Positions 52,550 through 64,000 of a stretch of DNA of 64,000 nucleotides are shown piece after piece (within the stretch, counting starts at the first letter, position 1; every line of letters begins with the position of its first letter). A program made the position numbers and the translations under genes. The notes under the pieces were generated by a model that did no database searches, was not told the origin of the DNA, and saw only the letters and a list, made by a program, of their open reading frames with translations. Origin of the DNA: Camelus ferus. Taxonomy: Eukaryota. The stretch spans positions 10,170,001-10,234,000 of the forward strand of contig NC_045697.1 of assembly GCF_009834535.1 (NCBI RefSeq). Reading direction: 5' to 3'.

Positions 52550-54799
52550 AAAAGTAACTCTAACATTTTATACAAAAACAAACAAATGAAAAAACTCTGA
52601 GAAAATGTAACAAAATGTTAAATATCATATTTTTATATGTGCTTTTCTATTTCTTGGACTTTTGCATAATTAAAACTCAGAATTCAAAAATTAAAACCCT
52701 GACCATTACCAAACAGTGGGGAAATACATAATGTAGAAGGTGAACATTTTCTAGAGTCCCATCGCTCATGGAAAATCAAGATTAATAGTTTTTTGCTAGT
52801 TCTCCCACATACATATCACATGTGTGTGTATATATTCATATATATACATCCATGTGTTTATGGGTATATATGTGTATATTTTAAGGAATCATACTGCATG
52901 TACCATCTTGCAACTTGCTTTTTTATGTAAAATGCATCTTAGACCTTTTCCTATCATACTACATCTAGTGCATTGTTTAAATACTGACATTACATCGATT
53001 TGCAATCCCCCGTTGATAGGCATTTGCATTACTCCTATTTTTTATTATTTACATTGTTCTGTAACATGTCTATACGTATATATGTATGTACCTGATGAGT
53101 ATTTCCACAGCATAAATTCTTAGAACAGGAATTAATAAATCAAGGAGTTAAAATATATACTTTCCTATATATAATCTACACTTGAGTTGGAAATTCTTCC
53201 ACCAAAGCAGAAATTAGTGATGTTTGTATACTATTAATTGTAAAAGTATGAAAAGCATGCTTACAAGTGAAAATTCTTACTTATGTTAAAAGAATTGCAC
53301 ACTGCTGCCTCCTTGTGAAAGGAATTTTGTTTTACATACACTGAGTAAGAAAAAGTGAGGAAAGCTGTTCTGGATACAATGAAGGTTTGATATGGAGTCG
53401 TATGGATGCATCAGTACTCGGAAACAGTAGCAGGAGTGTGTGTGAGACCCACAGACCATGCCAGGTGGACCCCTGGACCACAGCCCCACTGACATCATTC
53501 TGCCGCCCCTGAGGGTAAAAACCTCTGAGACCCAGCATTTCTGATCCAGTGAAAGAGTGGATGTTAGTCCTTTACTGACTTTTCAGTTGGTGGTGAAACA
53601 GATTCTAAGCAGAGGACCTGTTCCTGGATGTCTCATCAAGTGAACCCATTCCCTGGAGCCCCCTGCCCCTGGCATCCGTTGAGTCCCCAGTTGGTGCCAG
53701 CACCACGGGATGCACTTTCCTCCTTATTTTCCACAAGCAGATCCCGGCCACACGGCTTGTCCTCTGACCTGGAGCCAAGCTGTATAAGAAAGGAGACACG
53801 GGGGTCCGTGCGGTACAGGGGACACTTTACTTAACCTTGTCCCCTGGATCTTAACCCTCAGACATGCTCAATCTTGAACAAATAAAAATTCTAGGACCCC
53901 CAGATTCCAATCCGTCTACCGCTTTATCTATTTCCCTTCACAGCGAACTTCTGGAAAATATTTACTAATGAATACTTTAAATATAACTTCTGGCAAATAC
54001 GCTGTCACTACTCCCTCCCCTCCCTTCAGTGTCCAAATCATCAACCATGCTCGTTCCTGCGCCCCCCTCTCCTCTGAGGCTGCTCTCACCGCGGTCCCGG
54101 GGAACCTCTGCGTTGCTAAGCGCAAGGGCACATCTAAGTCCCCCAGTGCTTGGCACCGGGCACTGTTCCCACATCTCCACGTCCAGGCACCACCCTCTCC
54201 TGGATGTCCTCACCCCTTTCCAGCTGCCCGTCCTTCCCACAGTCCTTTGCCTAATCTCCCTCCTCTGCCCAGCTTCTAAGTGTTCAGAGTTCCTCACAAG
54301 TTTGGTTTTTTTTTCTTTTTAAGTCTTTTATTAATCTGCACTTTCTCTGGAGATGAATCCAGTCCTGAGGTTTTAAATACCATTTAGATGCCAGTAGCTC
54401 CCAAAGTTTCACCTCTGGGCTGGACCCCCTTCCACACACCAGACCCCGCCTACATCAGGCTTCAGGAAAGTGTTACCCGACTCCCTGCTCACAATTGTCT
54501 TTTCTCTTCTGCCATAGCTCTGGCCACAATTGTAATTAAATATTCTTTCATTATTCTTTGCTCCTCTAGCTCATATGTCAAATTTTACTTGCCCAAGTTC
54601 TTTTTAGCATTTCTGAGAGACTATTTTGTCAGGCACTAAAAAAGGAAGTAGGAAATATATCAGAAGGGCCTAAGCTGTCATATATCTCAGTAAAATAATT
54701 TTATATTGGAGGATTTTTTTTGTTGTTGTTTTTTTTTTAAAGAGGCAGGGGAGTTAGCAGCTGAAGGCATAAGGGAAGAACAGACCATTTGGTAATGAC

Positions 54800-55030
54800 A
54801 GATTCCATTTGTGGACCACTTATCAGATGTCAGGCTTGGTTCTAGTATTAACTCTTTCACTCCTCACAACAACCCTGCAAAGTAAATTCTGTTAGCATCC
54901 CTAATTTACAGATAAAGCATGGAGAAGTCAAGGAGTTTGTCCAAGACCAGGCAGTAAACCAGAGAACCAGGATTTAAATCTGGGTAGTCGGATTCCAGCA
55001 TCTGTGCTCTTAACCAGAATGCTTCACTGC
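54800..55030 (-). mobile_element. MIR SINE
   Basis: tcctcacaacaaccctgcaaagta...tttacagataaag...agtcaaggagtttgtccaagacc...ccaggatttaaatct. Confidence 0.75.
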
Positions 55031-56078
55031 TCCTCCACTGAAGAGTGTTTCTTATTCCAGATCATTGCTCTCTAGCTTTTCTAAGTTCTTCCAAGAGTCC
55101 CAAATCTTGGCTACCCAACCTCTTCCGCCATCTTCCTTTTCCGCAGCCACCAATTGAATGATTAGAAACCTTGACCTCTGTGCGTCTCTGTACCATCCCC
55201 ATAGACTAAGTCATCACCAGTACAACCTCCAGACTCAGGCCTTCCCCCTGGAGCTGGTGCTGACTCACGAAACTGCCCGCATGGTTTCCTAAGGCACTCT
55301 CTTAGTCACTTACCCGTGTGTCTGTCTCCTGGGCTGACTGCAAACTCCCTGAGGACAGAGATATTTATCTTCTAGACACTGCTGAATCCTCTGAAGTGGC
55401 ACTTGGTACTTGATCATGAAAAAGAAATTATCTAATTAATTAATTGACTGACTAATTAATGGCATATTGGAGCACACCTAGGTTCTGAATTTGGCTATCA
55501 TTTTTAGAGGGGGCCTAAAGTACGGCCTTGAATAGTTCTCAAACACTTTAAATAATAGAAAGAAAAATGAAAGCATTTTCAAACAATGCCTCTTCAAATC
55601 GAAGTCAAAAATATTGTGAATTTAGTTAGCACTGAAAACTCTCCAAGGCATGTAGTAACATTACTTTGTCTCCTAAACATAGAACTTGTGGTTTGTGTCA
55701 ATACAGGCAGGCTTTAATATGCTTGTTGCCAACTGGGACAGCAACATAAACATTTTCCTGTTTACAATAATTTAGTCCATGAGAACATTTACTGAGTCCT
55801 TTATTTGCATAACTTCAAAGGTGGCTGTTTGCTTAAGATTACACAGTATTAATAAGAATTTTAAATGGTAATTTAGTTTAATTGAAGTCAGATTCTCCTA
55901 GAGAAAACAAAATCAAGTAAGCTCTCAAAACAGACTGGGATCCTATTGACTTCAAATTTGCATTCACATTTTTGGTTTTCTAGTACTTTAGAAATATTAT
56001 AGCTATGAAACGAGCTATACAATCATTAATTGTAGCACTATTAGTTTCTCTTTTTAATTTGCAAGCACACCTAAATAA

Positions 56079-56255
<177 letters not shown>

Positions 56256-56818
56256 TAGGCTTTTTTTGAAAACTGTTCTACTGGGTTTTATCATGCACAG
56301 GAAAACATACAAAATATAGATGCAAGTTTCAAAATAATTTTAAAAAAAATAATTACAAATGAATAACCATGTAGCCACTCCCCAAGTTAAGAACTAGAGC
56401 ACTGCCAGTGTCTGAGCAGCCCCATGTCCTCCCCCGCAACTACACTCTCCTCCATCCCGGAAGTAAGCATTCTCTGGACTTCTGTGATCAGTGTTTCCTC
56501 GCCTTTATTTATAGCTTTGCCATCTCTGTGTAATCCCTAAAAACATATAGTCTAGATTGCCTGCATCTGACTTGTCCACAAGTGAAAGTATATTGCATGG
56601 ATGGTTCAGTGAGTTTGTGTGCTTCAGTGAATACACACGTTTCTTGTCTTCAGGACCGTTTGAGATTCATCCACTTTATGGCACATGGCTGTAGTTTATT
56701 TTCTTTGCTTTATAATGCTTCATTATATGAATATAACAAAATTTGTCTGCTTTACTGTTGATGGACATTTGAACTGATCCATTTTTCAACAGCACAGAAG
56801 TGTTATACATGGCACTTC

Positions 56819-57457
56819 TGTTGCCGGTGGATGTAACCGGAGTCCAGGTTCTTGTCCCGTCCCAGAAAGATTTCAGAGACAAGACGCAGTGGTGAAGAAA
56901 GCAAAGTGGGGATTTATTAAGGGATGGATAGTACACTCTCAAGGGGAGGGAGGGCAGGCTCAGGTGAGCGGCTGCCCTGAGTTTCTTTGGCAAGTTGGTT
57001 ACATAGAGTGTAAAAAATGAATGGGCGGAATATTCATTAGGGAGGGAGGCTCTGGGGTCACATTCCCTGATTTATCCCAAATCCACCTTCCCAAAGGGAA
57101 GAGGGATTCTTGTTCCTTATTTAGTCTGGATCAGAAGTGCCCTGATGGGTACTTCCAATCTGCAAGGCTAATTTTATTGAAATAAGGGCATAATGAGCAA
57201 AAGGTCATATTCAGACACTGGAGATTCCTGCCTTTTCCCACGTTTCTTTGTCGGCCTCCAGGATACTTGTCACCCAAAAGGTGTGACCGCTTATCAGCCC
57301 AGAGGTTCCTGCTTCTCTCTCTGCTCAGGGACCCCTACTGCTTACATGACGCATGGTTTCCTGCATTTGGCCCGGGCCCCTCCTTTCTGCCCAGTTCGTG
57401 CCATTTGGCCTGCGTCCCCTTTTTCTGCTCATATGTAGATATCTGCCTGCTCTAACA
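56819..57457 (-). mobile_element. Solo ERV LTR (class I/ERV1-like), 639 bp, nested in an old L1 remnant (~56300-58220)
   Basis: TGTT...AACA termini; perfect 4-bp TSD CTTC (56815-56818 / 57458-57461); AATAAA on the minus strand at 56913-56918. Confidence 0.85.
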
Positions 57458-57914
57458 CTTCTAGAGACATGTTGATGCATGTCTTTTAGGGTACACGTAT
57501 CTATGAAATTCAGAAATACACCTGGAAGTGGAATCATCGAGTCTTGGTGGATACGCTTCTCCAAATACTTACATGCTGATTGCACACACTTTCCCAGGGC
57601 GACTGTGCTGACTCACACTTTGACCAGCGCCCCCTGGGTCCGTGTCAGCCGCGTCACCCACATCCCTGGTCTTGTCTAGCATAACATTTTGCCAATCTGA
57701 TGAACTGTTTTAATCTGTATTTCCCATGCATGAAATGGCCACTTCGAATTCCTCTTTTATGAGGTGTCTGCTGAAGGCTTTTGTCGATTTTTGAACTGAA
57801 TTGTTTGTCTTTTTATCTCTTCTATAACTTGTGGGAGTTTGGTGTATATCCTGGAGGTTGGACCCCTGTCAGTGACATGTGTTGCAGAAGCTTTTGTGGT
57901 TGTCTTTTTAGTAG

Positions 57915-58016
57915 TTTGCTGTTTTGTTTTGTTTGGTGGAGAGAGGTACTGGGAATTAAATGCAGGACCCCGTGCATGCTAGGCACACACTCTACCACTG
58001 AGCTGTACTCTTCCCC
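57915..58016 (-). mobile_element. tRNA-derived SINE (vic-1-like)
   Basis: gaggtactgggaattaaatgcaggaccccgtgcatgctaggcacacactctaccactgagctgtactcttcccc. Confidence 0.88.
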
Positions 58017-59814
58017 ATTGTTGCTTTTTGAAGAATAGTAATTCTCAATTTTAAAGAAATAGAAGGTTTTCGTCTTTTATGATGGTGCTTCTTGTGTGTT
58101 GCTGGAGAATCCTTCCCCTGAGTCAAGCAGATATACTAGTATACTGTCTCCTATAATCTTTATAGTTTTATCTGTCAAATTCATCTTTAATCCGTTTGGA
58201 TTTGATCTTCACATATGGTGCGGAGAAAGTATGCTTTGAGAGTCTGTATGCTGCCTAACCGGCTAGACTCCGACACGTGATTAAGAGCGCAGTTCTCCCA
58301 GCAAAACCATGCTCTGCAAACTAACTCAAGAGCATCTCTGCTGCGGGTCTGGTCCCTCCCCGTCTGTTTCATCTGAGTAAGCATGGTGCCCGGACAGCTA
58401 TCTGAAAGTGCCAAACGCGGGCAGCCATCTGATACTTTGCTTTGAAAACAGTCAGGCTTTAGCCAAAGATAGCCGCAAATTGTGATCTTCGGGGATTGCA
58501 ATTATCATAAAACTGAGAAAACATTCTACAGCTTCCAGAACAAATACAAGACTCTATTTTCCGAGGGAGGGGCCTTGCCACCATGGGCTATCTGATCCCA
58601 GATGGTGCACCTGCCACTTAGTGTCTGCCCAATTAACAAAAAACATGTAGTATAAAATAACAACAAATTCAAAGAGTCTGCCCACAGAAACCATGGATGT
58701 TCCCCAGAAATTCCCATGTGTTTCGGCTTCCAAATTCCATCTTCCAGGCCACCCCTCCCATCCAGAAGCAGAACATGAATATTTACGAGATTGTTTTCAC
58801 CTTCCTTACTTAAGTTTAGGATAAACAAAAATTTATAGAAAATTTACCTTTAAAGTCCCCTCTAGGTTGCAAACTTCCTTTTTGTGATACTTCCCATCGC
58901 TTTGCCCCATTAAGTAGCTGTCTCCTGAATTCTTGTGGAGGGCCTTTTTTTCACACTCTTGTCATCCAACTACCTTATTATATGGCATAATTTTTTTTCT
59001 GCAAAAATATTTAAATTTCAACTAGCTTATTCATGCCTCTGATTAACAAGGAGAAAAGCAGATGGTTCCCTATATATCAGAACCTAATGTGGAGGTCAGA
59101 TTTCCCTGATGTTTATACATTTCACGTGCCACTGTGTTTCCAAAATGATTTCTTCAGAAACCTAGAGATCTTTAAGAGTCTTTGCCTGGGGGGCTGTTAA
59201 TTGCTAACCCACCAGGTCACACATGTACAGAAGCAAACAATGGTCAGCTCTGGGCACTTGACAAAGTTTCTCTAAAGAAGAGGAGGAACGTCAGGAGCGT
59301 AGAGCCTGTGGGCCAGACCACACTGATTGCATTAGGAGATCGGCACAGAGGATGGGTTGGAACACCTCTGACGCTCCAGGTGAGATGTGCTGGGTACCAT
59401 GCCTGCCCTCTGTACTCCTGGGGAGTCACTCTGCCCATCAACATATAAAAGGCTCTGCAAAGCCCTTTAAAAGCAACAGGAAAACTTCCACATTTGTTCA
59501 GCCTCGTGTTGATTTGGCCACAGCACCTTTTTTTGTAGGGCATCTCACAGGACCAACGTTTCTACAGAACACACTGTGGGAGATGCTGCTTTGGGTTGGG
59601 CTGAACTCTCCATGGACTGTCAGCAGAATCAACAAAGAAAAACTCATATCATCAATCCAAAGTCAAAAAAAGTGGTTTCAAGGACTCAGTAGTGACATAA
59701 TGAAGTGGTTCCTCAGGGACTTGAAGACTTGACAAAATAACTCCCATGAAACTGCTACCCCTGCAGGCTGAGAATTCAGCATGTTGGTGTGCCGTCTGAA
59801 CGTTTAACTCAGCG

Positions 59815-60050
59815 CGGCATTGTTGCTTAGTGGTAAATAGACTGGGCTCGTATTCCAGCTCTTCCACTCACCTACTGTGTGATCTTGGGCAAGTTACTTA
59901 ACCTCTCTGTGCCGCAGTCGCCTCATGTATAAAATGCTGATGGTAATAGTATCTGCCGCACTGGGCTGTGAGCTAACCTGTGCAAAGCTGTTAGGAGAGC
60001 ACCTGCCACAGAGCAAGCCCATACAGGTACCTGCTGTTACTATTACTCTA
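59815..60050 (+). mobile_element. MIR SINE
   Basis: ccagctcttccactcacctactgtgtgatcttgggcaagttacttaacctctctgtgcc...tcatgtataaaatg. Confidence 0.85.
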
Positions 60051-60097
60051 TCCCTTAATTTCAAGAAAGAATAAAGGCTCTGTAAATTATTTTACAG

Positions 60098-60255
60098 GGA
60101 GAAAGTTGACCAGAAAGCAGATGAAGAAGCATATGAAGCAGAAATTCAAGCCGAGATAAGGGAATTGTCGGAAGAGCACACAGAAGATTACTGAACAGAA
60201 GATGGAGGAATACAGAACCGCGCATCAGCAGTGGAAAGCCTGGAAGAAAGCTCAA
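60098..60255 (+). CDS. CC2D2A: CC2D2A coding exon 14, with a 1-nt insertion giving in-frame TGA at 60192-60194
   Basis: [31 protein letters not shown], then in the +1 frame [20 protein letters not shown]; 158 nt vs 157 needed; CAG acceptor, GTCTGT donor. Confidence 0.93.
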
Positions 60256-60779
60256 GTCTGTAAACGGTCCCTGAGCTTTGAACAGAGCTGCCCCTGGGGA
60301 CAGAAGGGGATGGGAGGGTGCCCCTTTAGACGGGAGGAGGGAAACTGAGCAGCAGTCTGGGATCCCCTACTGGCTCTGCTCTGTCTCCCTCCTGGCCCCC
60401 TCACTAGGGGATGAAAGGATGAGAGAATGCACTTGTTTCAAAAGCCACCCAGCCAGCTGGTACCAGAGCCAGCTCTCTCCTAAGCCAGTTCTCTGTGTCA
60501 CTCTGTGGCTGAGGGAGCAAACAAGTAACAAGGTAATTACTGCTCAGATATGTGTCAAGCACTGTGCTAAGTATTGTATATGCCTTACCCTATTGGCTGT
60601 AGGGTATTGATGCTTCTGGTTTCCCTCAGAAAATTATATAACTTTGTACACATGACCGTGCAAAACGTAACCCAGTGGCAATAAGCAATAGATCAGGGTG
60701 AACGTCAGTGTCGGTTGTGCTCACAAGCCTTACTTTAATTTCAGGATATGTCCTTGGTCTTTAGAGCTGATACAAATGA

Positions 60780-61010
60780 TCACTGAATAGCTGACATTTT
60801 TAAAACTCTTTCTAGGGGCCAGGCAGTGCGATAAGTGCTTCACAGGCATTACTTCACTTCAACAGCCCTGGGGAAAAAATTTCATGTGGTTGTCCCCACT
60901 TTGTAGATGAGAAAACTGAGGCATAGAAAGGTTGAATGGCTTAGCGAGCTGCCTGAGTGCACATGGCTGGTTGAGGTGGAGCTGGGTTTACATTCAGGTC
61001 TAGTAGATTC
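60780..61010 (-). mobile_element. MIR SINE
   Basis: ccccactttgtagatgagaaaactgaggcatagaaaggttgaatggctt. Confidence 0.8.
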
Positions 61011-61078
61011 TGAAGACCGTGCTTTTCAAAGAAACGCCAGAATTCCTGTTTGACATAAGGCTGCCTCTTACCCAACAG

Positions 61079-61318
61079 AGGGCCAAGAAGAAGAAAAAGA
61101 AACAAGCAGTTGAGGAACATCCCGATGAGGAGATGGAGGAGCCAGATCCCGGGAGAGACTCCTGTGAAACCCCTCCCTCCAGAGCCCACGGATCGGGCTG
61201 CCATAGAGCAGCAGGTGAGGGAGAGAGCCGCCCGGAGCTGGAGGAGGCCCGGGGAGCCCACGCTGGTCCCGGAGTTGAGCCTGGCGGGGAGCGTGACGCC
61301 CAACGACCAGTGCCCCAG
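61079..61318 (+). CDS. CC2D2A: CC2D2A coding exon 15, with a 1-nt insertion near 61148-61153
   Basis: [24 protein letters not shown] in one frame, then [52 protein letters not shown] in the next; 240 nt vs 239 needed; CAG acceptor, GTGAGC donor. Confidence 0.93.
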
Positions 61319-62002
61319 GTGAGCAGATGCTCCGACCTTAAATGAGGTTGACGTGTGACGCACACGCCGTACGGAGCGCATGGTGTCTCCTGACTGACGT
61401 GGGATGGTCGGAGAATCCTGCATTCTCTGTAGATATGGATTAGGTTGGACCTTATGAAATTGCGGGTATTTGTCCAGATTTTGGTGATTTCATGTGGTTC
61501 ACCTACCCATTGCCTCCTCACTGGCCACTCAGGAGCGCAGTACCCGAAGCTGCCTGTAGGAGGTGCTCTGCACAGTGCCTGCCAGAATGGCTTCTGACTT
61601 GGAGCCTTTATCTGCAACCTCAGTGCGACTGTTCTGTCTCCTGCTGGCACGTGCGCCCTCTGCGCACAGACACCCAGGGCTCTCCAGCAGCAACACAGGC
61701 CAGCTTCTCTCTCTCAGGGCCTTGGAGAGCCTCCCAAAGGGATTGTAGGTATTGTGATTGAGCTAGGCCATCTGAGGCAGTCCTGTCCAGATTTGGTAGA
61801 AATTCATTTCTAGTCATTCATATGTGACGTCTAAGAGCTATCTAGCATATGTAAATCTATACACATAGTAAGTTCATAAACACACGTGTATGTTCATCCT
61901 CTTTTTAAAATTTATAATTTAATAAAAATATTTTTATTTTTTATGGTGAAATACATAATTAAAATATTTTTAAATTTCCCATGTATTTCCTCCCTACACA
62001 CT

Positions 62003-62180
62003 ACAGAGATGGCTCTCAAAGTGTAACCCCAGAAGCAGCAGCGTTAGCAGCGCTGGAGAACGTGTTAGGAATGCAGATCCCCAGGTTCCGCTGAGACCTG
62101 CTGGATCAGAAGTCCTAGCGCAGGGGCCAGAAAGCTGTGTTTTCATAAGGTTGCCAGTTGATTCTGACGCATGTGAAAGC
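62003..62180. mobile_element. hAT-Charlie MITE (MER5A-like)
   Basis: tggctctcaaagtgtaaccccagaagcagcagc...gttaggaatgcagatcccc...gacctgctggatcagaa...gattctgacgcatg. Confidence 0.75.
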
Positions 62181-62934
62181 GTACTGATATCTATTAATGG
62201 AAATCCACTGAAATAATCGATACCACCAGAGCCCAGGCTCAGTGCTCCAGTAACAGAGGCCCTGTCCTGGACACAGGGAACACCTCAGACTGGAATCGTC
62301 AGTATTCCACCGTAGAAAGTGAGCCTTCAGCTGAGTCAGCGAGCCTCAGCGATAACTAGGATTCAGGGATTAACTAGGATGTCATTTTAAGGCTCCCATA
62401 ACCTTCTTGGTTTCAAACTTCTGTTAGCATGCTAGTAACTTACTATTAAAGTGTGGCTTCTTGTGCATTTTCATCTGTCCCCTCAACTTCATAGCATTCA
62501 GATGCTATATATCAACTATTCCCTAGCACTCAATTAGCTACTTTTAAGCCACAAATACTATACCATCTAACTAGACTATGTGATTACACGCATGCTTTTT
62601 AAAGGGAAAACTTAGGTTTGGCTTGACAGTCTTTTGTGGTGAGTCACATTTTGACCGAGAAGATGTACCTCAGTCTGAAGTTCCTGAGTTTTCACTGGGT
62701 TTGGGGACTATAAACCAGGTTACCCCAAGCCAATGATTATAATCCACCCTCTTCATCAGACCGTCAGGTAAGGGGGCCACGCAGCAAAAGGGGGTGTTTT
62801 AGGTTTGATTGTAGCATGAAGTTACTGGGAATAAGGCTTAAAACAACTCTGAGTAGAGTGTGTGGGTGTCTTGGAAACTTGTTGAGATTGACGTTAAATG
62901 TCTTTCATAGAAAAAAAAAATACTCAAATCATTT

Positions 62935-63172
62935 GAGCAATGTCATGTCTAGCATGGGTCTAAATTGCAGAGATGTAAACAGTTACAAGAACCACCCAAT
63001 TTAAGGAGTACAGAATTTCTATTTGGAATGATGAAAATATTCTAGAGAAAGGTAGTGGTGATGGTTGCACAACGCTGTGAATGTGCTTCATCCCACTGGA
63101 TGGGATGTTTAAAAAAGCTAAAACGATAAACGTTATGTTGTGTATATGTCATCATAATATAAAAAAAAAAAA
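62935..63172 (+). mobile_element. Old L1 3' end
   Basis: gtacagaatttctatttggaatgatgaaaatattctagag...gtggtgatggttgcacaacgctgtgaatgtg...poly(A). Confidence 0.8.
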
Positions 63173-63436
63173 GCTACCACCCCCAAAAGCCTGAGTGTGT
63201 TTTGGATTTTTATGCTCTAACTTTTTCATTTCCTTAACAAGCTTGAGTTGCTGTTGATTTAAGCAGTAACTGGTGTTTTGGGTGGGCATCTCTGCAAATA
63301 TCTACGATGAAATTAAAGACCGCTCTGGAAGGTTTTGATTTTTTTTTAACTTCCTGGCTATAAGAATGATATGCTTGCCAGGATACCTTCTAACTTCTAT
63401 TGGGGCTCAAATGACTTTTAAAAATAAGGAAAATCT

Positions 63437-63568
63437 GGGAGGAGGGTATAGCTCAGTGGTAGAGCACATGCTTAGTATGCATGAGGTTGTGGGTTCAATT
63501 CCCACTACCTCCATCAAAAATAACTAAACAAATAATTATCTCCCCCCAAATTAAAAACAAATGGAATC
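63437..63568 (+). mobile_element. tRNA-derived SINE (vic-1-like) with TSD
   Basis: ggagggtatagctcagtggtagagcacatgcttagtatgcatgaggttgtgggttcaattccc; flanks AAAAATAAGGAAAAT/AAAAATAAGGAAGAT. Confidence 0.92.
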
Positions 63569-63941
63569 AAAAATAAGGAAGATTTCTTTCTCTCTCACAG
63601 CCAGTGAGCAGTGACTCACCATCGGAAAGTGTTCAGAAAAAGCTTAAGTCTTGGGAAAGGAGCCTTGACCCAACTGCTGCAACGTGCTGTTATATTTTTA
63701 GGATAAAGTACCCTACACAAATGTAAATCACTGCTAGCCCTTGGAGTCTGGATTCACTCCATTTAACAAATAATGTAATTCTGTTTACGTAAAACATTGG
63801 GAAGCAAACGTAAGGCTTGTTGGAACAAAACTAAGGAGGCTGTAGCACAGTGATGCTCGAGCCACAGTTCTAAATCCCTGTGGCCCTGTCAGTGCCTCTT
63901 TTCTCATATCACGGTGTACTATCCTCTCTCCCCACCTCCCC

Positions 63942-64000
63942 TTTTTTTGGTGGCGGGGGAGGTAGTTAGGTTTACTTATTTATTTACTTTCAGAGGAGGG
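63942..64000 (-). mobile_element. Tail of another vic-1-like SINE, cut by the window end
   Basis: ggggaggtagttaggtttacttatttatttac...gagg is the reverse complement of the SINE tail aaataaataaacctaattacctcccc. Confidence 0.75.

Noticed and set aside
60192..60194. TGA as selenocysteine or stop-codon readthrough
   Set aside because: Homology continues in a different frame after the TGA, so decoding it would not restore the protein. No slippery heptamer is evident either.
60098..61318. Compensating frameshift pair
   Set aside because: Both are +1 (net +2), and a stop follows the first immediately.
60941..61650. 160- and 216-aa minus-strand ORFs
   Set aside because: Antisense shadows of GC-rich exon 15; no independent support.

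Overview
Mammalian genomic DNA, most likely camelid: it carries multiple copies of a tRNA-derived SINE resembling camelid vic-1. The window holds the 5' ~40% of CC2D2A (MKS6/JBTS9, ciliary transition-zone protein) on the + strand. I mapped a CpG-rich candidate promoter and first non-coding exon with RFX X-box-like motifs (~4.6-5.0 kb) and 15 GT-AG coding exons from 9982 to 61318; the gene continues past the window end. Coding exons 1-13 splice into an uninterrupted 1607-nt frame that aligns codon-for-codon with the human protein as I recall it. Coding exons 14 and 15 each carry one extra nucleotide. The first creates TGA at codon 568 (60192-60194); the second shifts the frame at CCCGGG (61148-61153). 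Consensus/assembly error is the most likely cause, but a real loss-of-function haplotype cannot be excluded from sequence alone. The rest is intron filled with L1, L2, MIR, MaLR/ERVL/ERV1 LTRs, DNA-transposon remnants, SINEs and microsatellites. Repeat family names come from visual recognition, not a database search, and their boundaries are approximate. I found no evidence of a novel multi-gene system.
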